Shown here piece after piece: positions 50,843 through 59,997 of a stretch of DNA of 64,000 nucleotides. Within the stretch, counting starts at the first letter, position 1, and the number at the start of each line of letters is the position of its first letter. The position numbers and the translations under genes are program-made. This DNA comes from an uncultured Candidatus Saccharibacteria bacterium. Lineage in GTDB: Bacteria > Patescibacteriota > Minisyncoccia > Phycocordibacterales > DSPV01. The notes beneath the pieces were generated by a model. That model was not told the origin of the DNA and did no database searches. It was given only the letters and a program-made list of their open reading frames with translations. Location: the NCBI GenBank assembly GCA_964617735.1, contig CAZTXT010000002.1:12536-76535 (forward strand). Reading direction: 5' to 3'.

Positions 50843-51124
50843 TTATTGCTGAAGCTGTGACAAAGGCTTATTCTCGATGTCTATGAGAAGACTCGAAACC
50901 TGCTCATTCCATTTGTCCCTTGGCGTCTCCTGACCCACAAAGACATTCCCGTTCTCGTTGGGCACTTCTCCGTCCTTAAGCCACGGCCATTTCTCGCGGA
51001 GCCTCCGCCGACCAGCCGGCGGAATATCGCTTGCACATTTGACTGCGGCCATATGGAAACGAGGTGTCTGTTGAGCTTCAGCGTTCTTCGACTGAACCGT
51101 TTTTTCGTTATTGGTGGATAACAT
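50843..51124 (-). CDS. hypothetical protein (orphan cassette)
   Basis: 93-aa ORF between a TTGACA promoter (~51270) with A/C-rich leader and a terminator. Confidence 0.5.
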   Translation of the reverse strand: MLSTNNEKTVQSKNAEAQQTPRFHMAAVKCASDIPPAGRRRLREKWPWLKDGEVPNENGNVFVGQETPRDKWNEQVSSLLIDIENKPLSQLQQ

Positions 51125-51316
51125 AACTCACTGACTGTTTTGTTTTTGTTGGTTTGAGAAAAACAGGACTCCAATACAAAACGATATTGCAAAGAGCCCG
51201 CTCTCAATCGTACACCTCTGTTCTAGGGGTTACAATCCGTCTAGATTTAAGAAACAGATAAAGCATTCTGTCAAATATTGGACGCGAATCCCTCGAAAGT
51301 CAGACCCCCAAGAGCC

Positions 51317-52486
51317 CTATTCACTCGAAAGCGCTTCACGCGTATATCGGTTTGCCGCGTTCCACAAAAGCCACGAGCCTAATCCGCTCTCATGCACCGC
51401 GCGCATCTGCGCTTGGATCATCTCTGGTGTATAGATTGCACCAAGATTGAAATCCTGGAGCCATGGTCGCAGCTTCCACGGTGTCGTACTGGCGCGGGCA
51501 ACAGCACTTTCCATGGAGAACTTCACGACTTCGTAGGGTTTCGAGGCCGGATTCTCATAGCCTAAGAACCCTGGCGGGTAGTGGGAAGGATAGACCATAG
51601 GGGCAACATAGTCGAAGTGCGGCAGTATATTTTCGAGGACCTGTCCGATGTTGAGATCGTCGGTGTTGGTTGTGGTCATACCGAAAACATCAGCCGATAT
51701 CGTAATACCTTCTCCTCTAAGCTCCCGATCGAGGTATGAGAAAAATTCGGTGAGCACTTCCGCTTTTCCTCCGTGAGGATCAGCATCAATGATCGATTCG
51801 CTGAAGGGAAAATAGATATCTTGCATATTCCCATCCGAGGGGAACCGAATGTAGTCGAAATTTATCTCGTCGAAACCGATCTGGTGAGCTTCCCGTGCAA
51901 GCACAACGATGTAATCCCACATTTCCTTCGCGCCAGGGTCGATATAGCTGATGCCTTTCCGATCGGTCCACAGCTTTTCTTTGTTACTTTGATATTTGAT
52001 CGCGAGTTCAGGATGCAGAGCCGTCATCGTCGGGTCCTGGAAGACCGTGATACGCCCGATCACGTATATTCCCTGCTTATGGAGGGTTGCGATGAATTCC
52101 TTCATATCAGCCGCATGGCAGTGCTTTGAGAGCACGCCAGCGAGCACAGGATTTTTGGATTCGAACGATACGCCTCCACTGTAGTCTTTGATGTCGATGA
52201 CTATCGAATTAATTTCGGTTTCATTCACCAATTTGACCAACTGTGAACGGAGGTCCTCGTTTGCAGCAAGGCATTGGGACATATAGAGTCCTTTGACAGG
52301 GATAGGAGTCGAAACATGCGCCACTGGCGGCTCTACGGGCGGCATGGGCGCGGCTGCTTCAAGCGAGGCGCTATAGCGTATCGGTGGAGCAACCGGAAAG
52401 AGCGCGTAGGCTAGTATGAAGAGCACCACGACCATCGCGCCCGCGATGAGAAGGAAGACATCTCTGGTGCGGAAGAGGCGCGGCAT
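51317..52486 (-). CDS. putative glycoside hydrolase (DUF4015 family), membrane-anchored
   Basis: VIDIKD, RI.VFQD, GFDEINFDYIRFP, PMVYPSHY, RPWLQDF. Confidence 0.85.
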   Translation of the reverse strand: MPRLFRTRDVFLLIAGAMVVVLFILAYALFPVAPPIRYSASLEAAAPMPPVEPPVAHVSTPIPVKGLYMSQCLAANEDLRSQLVKLVNETEINSIVIDIKDYSGGVSFESKNPVLAGVLSKHCHAADMKEFIATLHKQGIYVIGRITVFQDPTMTALHPELAIKYQSNKEKLWTDRKGISYIDPGAKEMWDYIVVLAREAHQIGFDEINFDYIRFPSDGNMQDIYFPFSESIIDADPHGGKAEVLTEFFSYLDRELRGEGITISADVFGMTTTNTDDLNIGQVLENILPHFDYVAPMVYPSHYPPGFLGYENPASKPYEVVKFSMESAVARASTTPWKLRPWLQDFNLGAIYTPEMIQAQMRAVHESGLGSWLLWNAANRYTREALSSE

Positions 52487-52487
52487 A

Positions 52488-52754
52488 CTACATACGATTT
52501 TTCCTCTCGATTGAGGGTTGCGGCGAAGAAGCCTTCGTCGGCTGCGCACCATTTTCAGTGAACGTGTCGGCTTCGCGAGGATACTGCCGCGCGAGCTTGA
52601 GGATAGTTTCCCGACCGAGATAGTAAAGATAGACGAGGATCAAAAGCACACCTGTCGCGACGTAGAGTCTGATCTTCCAGATTGACGGCATACCCAGCAA
52701 ACTCACGGCGACAAGCCAAATGCCGAATCCCAGTACCGTGTGCGGTCTTAACAT
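52488..52754 (-). CDS. small two-TM membrane protein
   Basis: Hydrophobic LG.P..WK pattern; TGgTATAAT 6 nt before ATG. Confidence 0.6.
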   Translation of the reverse strand: MLRPHTVLGFGIWLVAVSLLGMPSIWKIRLYVATGVLLILVYLYYLGRETILKLARQYPREADTFTENGAQPTKASSPQPSIERKNRM

Positions 52755-52847
52755 GCGGACATTATACCAAGCGCAGGGGCAATTCAAAGGAGGAGCATTG
52801 CACAACTATGATAAGATAGGTCTGGACAACTCTTCGAAAGGATACGT

Positions 52848-53288
52848 ATGAATAACCAAATCACTGCCGTCGATATCGAAGTATTCCAGCGCGGCGAAAT
52901 GATCCTCAAGCCACCGGTCGGGGCTGAATCGCAAGAAATTCTGCGCGGAAGGATCCGAAAGGTATCGTGCAAAGAGATTTCATTGCTCCAGGAAGGAGAA
53001 GCCGAGCTAAAGTGCATCCAGACGATCAGTATTCTATTCGGCTGGATTGTAGAAGAAAGAACTGTTCAAAAAAATCCTACGGAGAAAAAGATCCGTAGGA
53101 AATTGAAATGTTTCGGCTATCTGCTCGAAAATCTCGATGTCGATATCGCTTCGATAATCCGCACAAGATCCTATCTTAAATTCCAGACTATCGCAGGCGA
53201 GACTGGCATATGGCTCAGCAAAGACCACGTTGACACGCTCAAACGGGAAACGCTTAAAAGACTCTTAAAAGAGCACCGTGAGAGTTAA
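52848..53288 (+). CDS. hypothetical protein (orphan cassette)
   Basis: 146 aa, SD GAAAGGA (52836-52842), followed by a palindromic terminator. Confidence 0.65.
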   Translation: MNNQITAVDIEVFQRGEMILKPPVGAESQEILRGRIRKVSCKEISLLQEGEAELKCIQTISILFGWIVEERTVQKNPTEKKIRRKLKCFGYLLENLDVDIASIIRTRSYLKFQTIAGETGIWLSKDHVDTLKRETLKRLLKEHRES

Positions 53289-53319
53289 GAGCCGCTGCAG
53301 TACTGCAGCGGCTCCTTTT
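53289..53319. terminator. palindromic terminator
   Basis: 26-bp perfect palindrome GAGCCGCTGCAGTACTGCAGCGGCTC plus T-run. Confidence 0.75.
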
Positions 53320-53321
53320 AT

Positions 53322-53999
53322 TTATAAAGGAGCAACCAGCACCACAAACTCCCCTCTCATCTCGTCTCCATGTTCGGTAAAGTGTGCGTGTACATGCGGC
53401 GCAGTCCCTGAAACCACCTGTTCGAACATTTTCGTAATCTCCCGCGCGACGACAACGCGATGGTTCTGTCCCAAAAGTTCTGAGAGACGTTGTAGTGTTT
53501 TCATGATACGGTGCGGGGACTCATAAAATACGACAGTACGTTTCGATGCGGCGATCTCGGAAAACAATTTCTCTTTTCCTTTTTTATGCGGCAAAAAACC
53601 CAGAAAAAGAAAATCAGAAGCTGGTAGGCCAGAGATCGAGAGCGCCGCAACTGCGGCGTTAGCGCCGGGCACCGCAACGATCGGCATATCAGGGAACTTT
53701 TCGCGGACCGCGGCAACAAGCTGCGACCCCGGATCGGATATTCCCGGAGTTCCCGCGTCAGAGACGAGGGCGACGCTCTTCCCTACCTCAAGGATTTTCA
53801 CTATCGCGTTTATCTTCGGCGCACCGCTTTTCGCATGGAACGAGAGTAGGGGTTTTTCGATGTTATAGCGCTGCAAGAGTTTGAGCGTCTCGCGGGTATC
53901 TTCGCAGACGATGAGATCGACAGACGAGAATACGCTTAGCGCACGCAACGTGATATCTTCCAGATTCCCTATCGGCGTGGCGACAACATAGAAATTCAT
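53322..53999 (-). CDS. rsmI: 16S rRNA (cytidine1402-2'-O)-methyltransferase
   Basis: VATPIGNLEDIT.RA, EDTR, SDAGTPGISDPG, YESPHR, REITK. Confidence 0.96.
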   Translation of the reverse strand: MNFYVVATPIGNLEDITLRALSVFSSVDLIVCEDTRETLKLLQRYNIEKPLLSFHAKSGAPKINAIVKILEVGKSVALVSDAGTPGISDPGSQLVAAVREKFPDMPIVAVPGANAAVAALSISGLPASDFLFLGFLPHKKGKEKLFSEIAASKRTVVFYESPHRIMKTLQRLSELLGQNHRVVVAREITKMFEQVVSGTAPHVHAHFTEHGDEMRGEFVVLVAPL

Positions 54000-54003
54000 G
54001 GAT

Positions 54004-55302
54004 TTATTTTTTACGAACAACAAGCTTCTCGGCTAAATGGTAGATATCACCGGCACCCATCGTAACGAGCACATCATTATTTTGCAAAGAAGATCGCAGA
54101 GACGTCTCCAGGTTTTTGAGGTTCGGAGCGTACCGCACCGAGCCTTTCGGCAGATGCTGTTTGATCGCGGCGGCGAGCTTTTTCCCTGAAATGGACGGAT
54201 CGCGCTTCTCCCGTGCGGCGAAAATGGGTGTGATGACGATTTCGTCGGCTCCAGCGAAGGATTCCGAGAATTCCTTCAGGAGTGTTTTGGTGCGCGAATA
54301 GAGATGGGGTTGAAAGACAACGACGAGCCGAGCCCGAGGATGCTTCTCGCGGAATCCTGCGATTGCCGCACGCACCTTCTCCGGATTATGTGCATAATCG
54401 TCATAGACAAGCGCTCCGTTTTTGGTCTTTCCTTTGAAGTCGAACCGACGCCATGTGCCGGAGAAATTCTTAAGAGACCTCTGTGCCGACCGCGGCACAA
54501 TACCCGCGACATGAGCGGCCGCGGCGGCCGCGGCCGCGTTCTCACGGTTATGCTTGCCCGGTAATTTCAACGCAAGGTTCGTATCAAGAAAATCCGTGTA
54601 ATCGATAGTCTTTGCGGACAGTGCTCCCAATGAGCTGCGAACCTTTGTTGACGTTATCACATAACCGTTTTTAGGCGCCTTCGCCGCGAGCTCGGCGAAT
54701 GCCGATTCGATATCGGCCAAATCCTGATAATAGTCGAGGTGATCGAGGCCGATGTTCGTAATGATAAGAATGGTCGGCTCAAGATGAAGGAACGCGCGGC
54801 GGTAATCGTCCGCTTCAACAATAAGATAGTCGCTGGTGCCGGCGATAAAATTCTTCTTTGAACCTTTGAAGAGGCTACCGACAATGACGGTGGGTTTAAG
54901 ACCTGCATCAATGAAGATCTTTGCGACCATCGCGGTCGTGGTCGTTTTGCCATGCGTGCCCGCGATAGCGATCGTATGCTTATCTTTAGACAAAAGTCCC
55001 AATGCTTCAGGATAAGAGAAGACCGGTATCCCCTTTCTTCGAACCTCTTCGATGAATTCGGGTTTGAATTCCGATATCGCAACCGAATAAATGACCGCAT
55101 CGGCATCCTTCGGAATACTGAAGATCTTCTGGCCGATAGTCACCGCTATTCCATGGGCCTTGAGCTCATCGGTGACTGGCGAGCTGCTGGTGTCCTGTCC
55201 ACTGACGTTCCTTCCTTCATGCTTGAACCAATACGCAAGCGCGGAAACGCCGATGCCTCCGATGCCGAGAAAATGAATATGTTTCGCCTGACGCAGATGC
55301 AT
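54004..55302 (-). CDS. murC: UDP-N-acetylmuramate-L-alanine ligase
   Basis: GIGGIG, GTHGKTTT, DDYAH, FQPH.YSRT, MGAGD. Confidence 0.95.
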   Translation of the reverse strand: MHLRQAKHIHFLGIGGIGVSALAYWFKHEGRNVSGQDTSSSPVTDELKAHGIAVTIGQKIFSIPKDADAVIYSVAISEFKPEFIEEVRRKGIPVFSYPEALGLLSKDKHTIAIAGTHGKTTTTAMVAKIFIDAGLKPTVIVGSLFKGSKKNFIAGTSDYLIVEADDYRRAFLHLEPTILIITNIGLDHLDYYQDLADIESAFAELAAKAPKNGYVITSTKVRSSLGALSAKTIDYTDFLDTNLALKLPGKHNRENAAAAAAAAHVAGIVPRSAQRSLKNFSGTWRRFDFKGKTKNGALVYDDYAHNPEKVRAAIAGFREKHPRARLVVVFQPHLYSRTKTLLKEFSESFAGADEIVITPIFAAREKRDPSISGKKLAAAIKQHLPKGSVRYAPNLKNLETSLRSSLQNNDVLVTMGAGDIYHLAEKLVVRKK

Positions 55303-55403
55303 ACAGGCATCCTATCAAAAGCACAACAACTTGACAATATATATTTTCTATGACAACATCTCCAGTTAGACAACCTGAAACTCAATAAAGAAAGGATAGT
55401 TCT

Positions 55404-56330
55404 ATGATAAATAATGTTCTGGAAACAGGAGTTGCCCCAACGCGGATTTTTCATCCGTTCGGTGATGTGGAGGTGCGCCTCTTCGGACGTAATGGCGGGG
55501 AAACTGATTGGAGTATCAGAAACCTGAACAACGAAAGTCACCGTAACCCGAGCGGTAAAGGTGTCGCCGAGTTCTACAAGCTTCAATACATGGCTGCCGC
55601 CGCAAAGAGGTGTGTGGTGTATGCACCATACCCGGCATTCAATGCCGTCATATGCGACAGCAAGAACCTAAAAACGGAATTTGCTTCTAACGATGATTCG
55701 ATGGTTGAAGCAGATTTCCCCGATAACTGGTCCTGGGTTCTCTTTCGTGGGGCCAAGGCCGACGGCTGTGAAATACCCATGATAGGAGCTTTCTTCCTAG
55801 CCTCCGCCGACTGCCTCACCATTGTCGCGTTGAGTCCAATCGGCAATTTGATCTGTGCACATGCAGGCGGGCGGTCGCTCTACGACGAACAACTCGTGCT
55901 TACTGGCAAACCATCTCGGGAGCACGAAAGTGTGGTAGATGCAATTGCCAGGAAACTTGGGAAAGAGATGCCCCATAACGAGTTCTTCATCACCGGTGGC
56001 ATCTGCGGCCATCATTTCCAACATAGTTGGAATGACCGTCAATGTGGTGAGAAGAATAAGAAAATAACGGAGTATCTCATCAAGCGATGGGGCCGCCAGT
56101 GCGTCTGGGAGCGACCAGAGAGCGGCTTCTGGTCACTTAAGGACATCATTGCCACCCAGCTCTCCAAACACCATGTCGGACGCTCGCAGATAGCCTGCGA
56201 CGACATTTGCACCTACAGCGACCGAGACAAAAGTGGCGACCACATGTGGTGGTCGAACAGACGGGCAATGGACGAGAAAGACGGCACTGAATTGTGCCGC
56301 AATGGCGTCCTGGTGTTTCGCAAAAAATAG
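55404..56330 (+). CDS. divergent YfiH/PgeF (laccase-domain, purine nucleoside phosphorylase-like) protein
   Basis: ADG, SADC, HAG, I.....F, CT, S.RR motifs. SD GAAAGGA (55390-55396); TTGACA promoter at 55331. Confidence 0.7.
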   Translation: MINNVLETGVAPTRIFHPFGDVEVRLFGRNGGETDWSIRNLNNESHRNPSGKGVAEFYKLQYMAAAAKRCVVYAPYPAFNAVICDSKNLKTEFASNDDSMVEADFPDNWSWVLFRGAKADGCEIPMIGAFFLASADCLTIVALSPIGNLICAHAGGRSLYDEQLVLTGKPSREHESVVDAIARKLGKEMPHNEFFITGGICGHHFQHSWNDRQCGEKNKKITEYLIKRWGRQCVWERPESGFWSLKDIIATQLSKHHVGRSQIACDDICTYSDRDKSGDHMWWSNRRAMDEKDGTELCRNGVLVFRKK

Positions 56331-56343
56331 TTCCTTCAGATGC

Positions 56344-56384
56344 AAAAAGCCCCGATTCGCGTACGCGAATCGGGGCTGATTTTT
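56344..56384. terminator. bidirectional palindromic terminator
   Basis: 30-bp perfect palindrome AGCCCCGATTCGCGTACGCGAATCGGGGCT with A and T flanks. Confidence 0.8.
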
Positions 56385-56392
56385 ATAAAGAA

Positions 56393-57266
56393 CTAAACCC
56401 TTTCAGTCTCCAACAACTGGCACTCCTCCCAGAGCTGCTTGGCGAGGTTGTCGAGCCAGCGAGAGAGTTGGAGCGCCGGCGCCTCAGGACCGCAAACATC
56501 GAAGGTGTAGTCTTCTTTACCCGCTTCTTTGACTGCCCTTCGGACAGCCATCAGCTGGTTCTCGCAAAACGGCTGCGATGAAACCACGAGGTAACGCCTA
56601 GGTATTGCAACTTCAAGCCAGGCCTTCACTGTCTCCGCTGTGTTCGCCGGACGAATTTTCTCGCCGACCTTAACCGAAGCGGCGCAGATCGAGAACATTC
56701 TCCAGTGTTCAACATCCATCCAGCAAAGGGCTTGGGCCATCATATCAATCTCGTCTTTAGGCCAGAGACCTTGCTGCTGATATTTTTTCCAATCCCTGTC
56801 TGAGCGCGTACTGAAGACCGCACCCGTTTCTTCAAGAATGGCTGGGACATGCTCTGGCATTTCCTGTTCAGGATTGAGCGGCCGATTGCTCCCGAGCAAA
56901 TACACGGCTTGCGGAATCGAACCCTTTCGAAACCTCTTTTGAGGATCAAGCTCTTGATCGATCAGAAACTTCACACGACGCACAACCGCCTTGAGCGTCG
57001 CACCGAGCAACAGTGTGCCATTGTACTTCTTGCTGAAGTCTATCGGCATCGCCGCCGCACCAAGCGGCCTGAGTAGGGCTATCTCCTCGTTGGTCGGGAA
57101 CCGCCCACCAAGCTGGGCGCGAAATGTTCCCTCTTTCGCCTTGACCCACTTCTCCTGAAGAAGAGTGTTGAGTCCTAACGGACTGATATCATCGGATGAT
57201 ATTAAGCCCTTGCAATCTTACCAACTGCACAAGCGTGGGATTCACCACGCCATTGTTAATGAGCAT
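56393..57266 (-). pseudogene. frameshifted hypothetical gene (+1 shift in 57192-57217); pseudogene, sequencing error or programmed shift
   Basis: The SD-preceded ATG at 57266 gives 25 codons to TGA (57189). The +1 frame is open from 57217 straight into the 218-aa ORF 56393..57049. Confidence 0.6.
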
Positions 57267-57350
57267 AATCTTCCTTTCATTCTCGGAATTTCGGAAACAA
57301 AAACCGCATACCTTCAGGCATGCGATTACTGAGGGCAGGATAGCACAAGA

Positions 57351-58667
57351 CTACAGCTCTGTCAATATCTTGTTGAACTGCTCTCCCCGATCGTATTCGT
57401 TCTTGAATAATCCGAACGATGCAAACGCTGGACTGAACAAAACGATATCGCCCTCTACAACAAGCCCCTTAGCTTTCAAGACCGCGTCTTTGAGATCGAC
57501 GGCCGGTATCGCATCGGGTAACCCGTCTTTTATTTTCGTCGTACCGCTTCCCGGAAGCAGCAGGACCTGTTTGCAGTAATTCGGGATTTCATCAATAAGC
57601 GCGCTCATATTCAGACCTTTATCCGACCCGCCCATGATGAGCACTATCTTCTTTTTATGGGAATCACCGATCGCGCGCAAACCTGCAATGGTCGCGTCCG
57701 GAGTCGTCGCATTGCTGTCATTATAATAAGTCACCCCGTTAACCATTCTTTTCAGTTCAAGCCGCCCAGCAAGACCTGCAAACCGATTGAACGCAGCGCG
57801 CGTCCCTTTAACGGTCCTAATTCCCAGGAGCTTTGCAACCGCGATCGCGCACGCGGCATTCAGACGGTTGTGCCCGCCGGGCAAGTGGACCATATGATCA
57901 CGCGGCACGCCCGCGCGGTGCGCAACGAGGACTTCGCCCGCGTCGCTCCAATCGAATTTATCAGCGATATCTTCCCCGACGACCAGATGATCCCCTGGCT
58001 TCTGGAATTTGAAGATATTGGCTTTGTCCGAGAAATACGTCTGCATATCGCCGTTGTAGTAATTCATGTGGTCGGGCAGAAAGGTCGTGAACACGGCAAT
58101 ATGCGGACTGATCATGGACTCGCCGAAGCCTTGGAGCTGCCAAGAATCAAGCTCGAGCACAACGAAATCGCCCTCGAGGACTTTCTCAAGCAACGGAAGC
58201 GTTGCGACATCTTTGATATTGCCGCCGAGAAAAACGCGCTTGCCGGCATCCTTGAGTATCTCGTAAATCAAAGCCGCTGTCGTCGATTTGCCCCGGGTTC
58301 CCGTCACTCCAATGACCGTGATCGGTGGCGCGAGTTTAGAGAACAGGGACGCATCCATTTCTATCGGGATACCCTTGCGCCGCGCTTCGGCGATGAAGAG
58401 TGAATCAAGCGGAACGCCGGCGGCCTTGAGAATGAAGTCTCTATCGCGAAAATCCTCGAGCTGGTGGCCACCAACGTGCACAGTGATAGTAGGAAAACGC
58501 TTGAGCCGCTCAAGCGATGGCTTGAGCTCTTCGGCGCTTTTGAGGTCGGTAATGATAAGGTCAGCTCCGAGCTTCGCCATAAATTCGGCGTCTCCGACAC
58601 CCCGACCGAGCAGTCCGAGTCCCATCAAAGTGATCTTTTTATTCTTGAAATAATCCTGATAGCGCAT
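57351..58667 (-). CDS. murD: UDP-N-acetylmuramoyl-L-alanine-D-glutamate ligase
   Basis: GLG, TGTRGKSTT, GGNI, LELDSWQL, NDS.AT, GG.DK, SP..ASF..F.N...RG. Confidence 0.96.
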   Translation of the reverse strand: MRYQDYFKNKKITLMGLGLLGRGVGDAEFMAKLGADLIITDLKSAEELKPSLERLKRFPTITVHVGGHQLEDFRDRDFILKAAGVPLDSLFIAEARRKGIPIEMDASLFSKLAPPITVIGVTGTRGKSTTAALIYEILKDAGKRVFLGGNIKDVATLPLLEKVLEGDFVVLELDSWQLQGFGESMISPHIAVFTTFLPDHMNYYNGDMQTYFSDKANIFKFQKPGDHLVVGEDIADKFDWSDAGEVLVAHRAGVPRDHMVHLPGGHNRLNAACAIAVAKLLGIRTVKGTRAAFNRFAGLAGRLELKRMVNGVTYYNDSNATTPDATIAGLRAIGDSHKKKIVLIMGGSDKGLNMSALIDEIPNYCKQVLLLPGSGTTKIKDGLPDAIPAVDLKDAVLKAKGLVVEGDIVLFSPAFASFGLFKNEYDRGEQFNKILTEL

Positions 58668-58681
58668 AACTGCATAGTAGC

Positions 58682-58722
58682 AAAAGAAAAGCGGCTCGGA
58701 AAACGAATGTTTTCCGAGCCGC
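58682..58722 (-). terminator. terminator of 58740..59354
   Basis: 14-bp IR GCGGCTCGGAAAAC/GTTTTCCGAGCCGC plus T-run. Confidence 0.8.
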
Positions 58723-58739
58723 AGTTGTCACTGATATAG

Positions 58740-59354
58740 CTAGGAGTACCAATGTGGCATCCCAGTTGCCCTTCGAGCCGGTCGAGTGGGGCGGGCATGG
58801 TGTGTCCCCGCGTTCCGGGTTATCGAAGCGAGGAGTTCCCTCGCTTCCTTGTCGGTAATCTCCTCTTCCGAGAGATCTGGATTCTCTGGCGCCGAAGAAG
58901 TCGAGGTGGTGCCCGTTTCCGTCGCTGTTTCGGAGGCGACCGAGACCGAAGGCTGACGTTCAGCAATCTGTAGGACTGCGGCATCAAAAGACTTTTTGAT
59001 GCCCCAGACCACTACTTCCCGGCTCGAGTTGGCTACAAAGAAGACTTCGTCTCCAACCACCACGGGGGCTTTAATCCACACGTCTTTGAGCCGCGGGAGG
59101 TCCTCGCCGGCGCACACCTGGTACCCGTACAATTTTACCGGGAGCCAAGCGTCATTGCCATGTCCGATGACCCGGACATAGGCAGCCGCTTTTGGAGCGA
59201 ATCTTCCTTTTCTCGGCGCAGGAACGCTCTTGACCCTGCCGAACGAAACTACAACGATCTCGTCGTTCAATAATCTGAGTTTATTATCTACTCTCATGTT
59301 AAGGGACAAAACAATACTAGCCTCTAGTTTCAACGACCGCCCAACGGCGATCAT
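58740..59354 (-). CDS. hypothetical protein (orphan cassette) with low-complexity C-terminus
   Basis: 204 aa; TTGACA-17-TACCAT promoter (~59412-59440), GAGGA upstream, own terminator. Confidence 0.6.
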   Translation of the reverse strand: MIAVGRSLKLEASIVLSLNMRVDNKLRLLNDEIVVVSFGRVKSVPAPRKGRFAPKAAAYVRVIGHGNDAWLPVKLYGYQVCAGEDLPRLKDVWIKAPVVVGDEVFFVANSSREVVVWGIKKSFDAAVLQIAERQPSVSVASETATETGTTSTSSAPENPDLSEEEITDKEARELLASITRNAGTHHARPTRPARRATGMPHWYS

Positions 59355-59502
59355 TGTCTACGCATCCTCGTAGAAAGGTGGGCGTCATATTGCCACTGCT
59401 ATCTGGTGAAGATGGTAACAGACTATACGAGAAATGTCAAGCACATAAAAAGACTTAAGCTGAGCCATTTTTATATAAAAACAGAGCAAAATCGATCAGA
59501 GG

Positions 59503-59584
59503 TGGGCACGGGGAGATTTGAACTCCCAACCCTTGCGGGATGCGCTTCTGAGACGCACGCGTATGCCAATTCCGCCACGTGCCC
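59503..59584 (-). tRNA. tRNA-Leu(CAG)
   Basis: GGGCACG acceptor, GGCGGAATTGGCATACGC D-arm, CT-CAG-AA loop, long variable arm, GTTCAAATC; CCA not fully encoded. Confidence 0.95.
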
Positions 59585-59629
59585 GTGGAAGTAGCTTACC
59601 GCGTTCGCACATGACGGGCAAACAATTCC

Positions 59630-59920
59630 CTAAAGATATTTCTTGAGTTCTACCTCAATCTCATCGATTTTCTCGGGAGAGAAAGTATGGTCGTGCGGGT
59701 GAGTCCGAAGCCACGAGATCACATGATCGACATCTTGAGATTGAATACCCGCTCCTTGACCCGACGGTCTCGTCTCGGTTAGTGCTCCGCTGAAAAGACC
59801 CTCGACTTGGTCGAGTTGTTTCTCGTTCAACCCTTTCTGGTACAACTCAAGGCGAACTTTTTTCCGAAATTCTTCCGGGGACACGCGTGGTTTTGAATTT
59901 CCAAAATCAAATATTCCCAT
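59630..59920 (-). CDS. hypothetical protein
   Basis: 96-aa ORF with plausible composition; TATACT box upstream. Confidence 0.65.
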   Translation of the reverse strand: MGIFDFGNSKPRVSPEEFRKKVRLELYQKGLNEKQLDQVEGLFSGALTETRPSGQGAGIQSQDVDHVISWLRTHPHDHTFSPEKIDEIEVELKKYL

Positions 59921-59997
59921 AGGTGTTCACTATCTTGCTAACGTCTCCAGTATAGCGCACTGAGGATATTTATTATAACCACGCACCAACCCCAAGA

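Noticed and set aside
56946-57191. TGA recoding (code 25) to rescue the interrupted gene
   Set aside because: TGA is a normal stop in many genes here, and read-through stays in the wrong frame and ends at 56946
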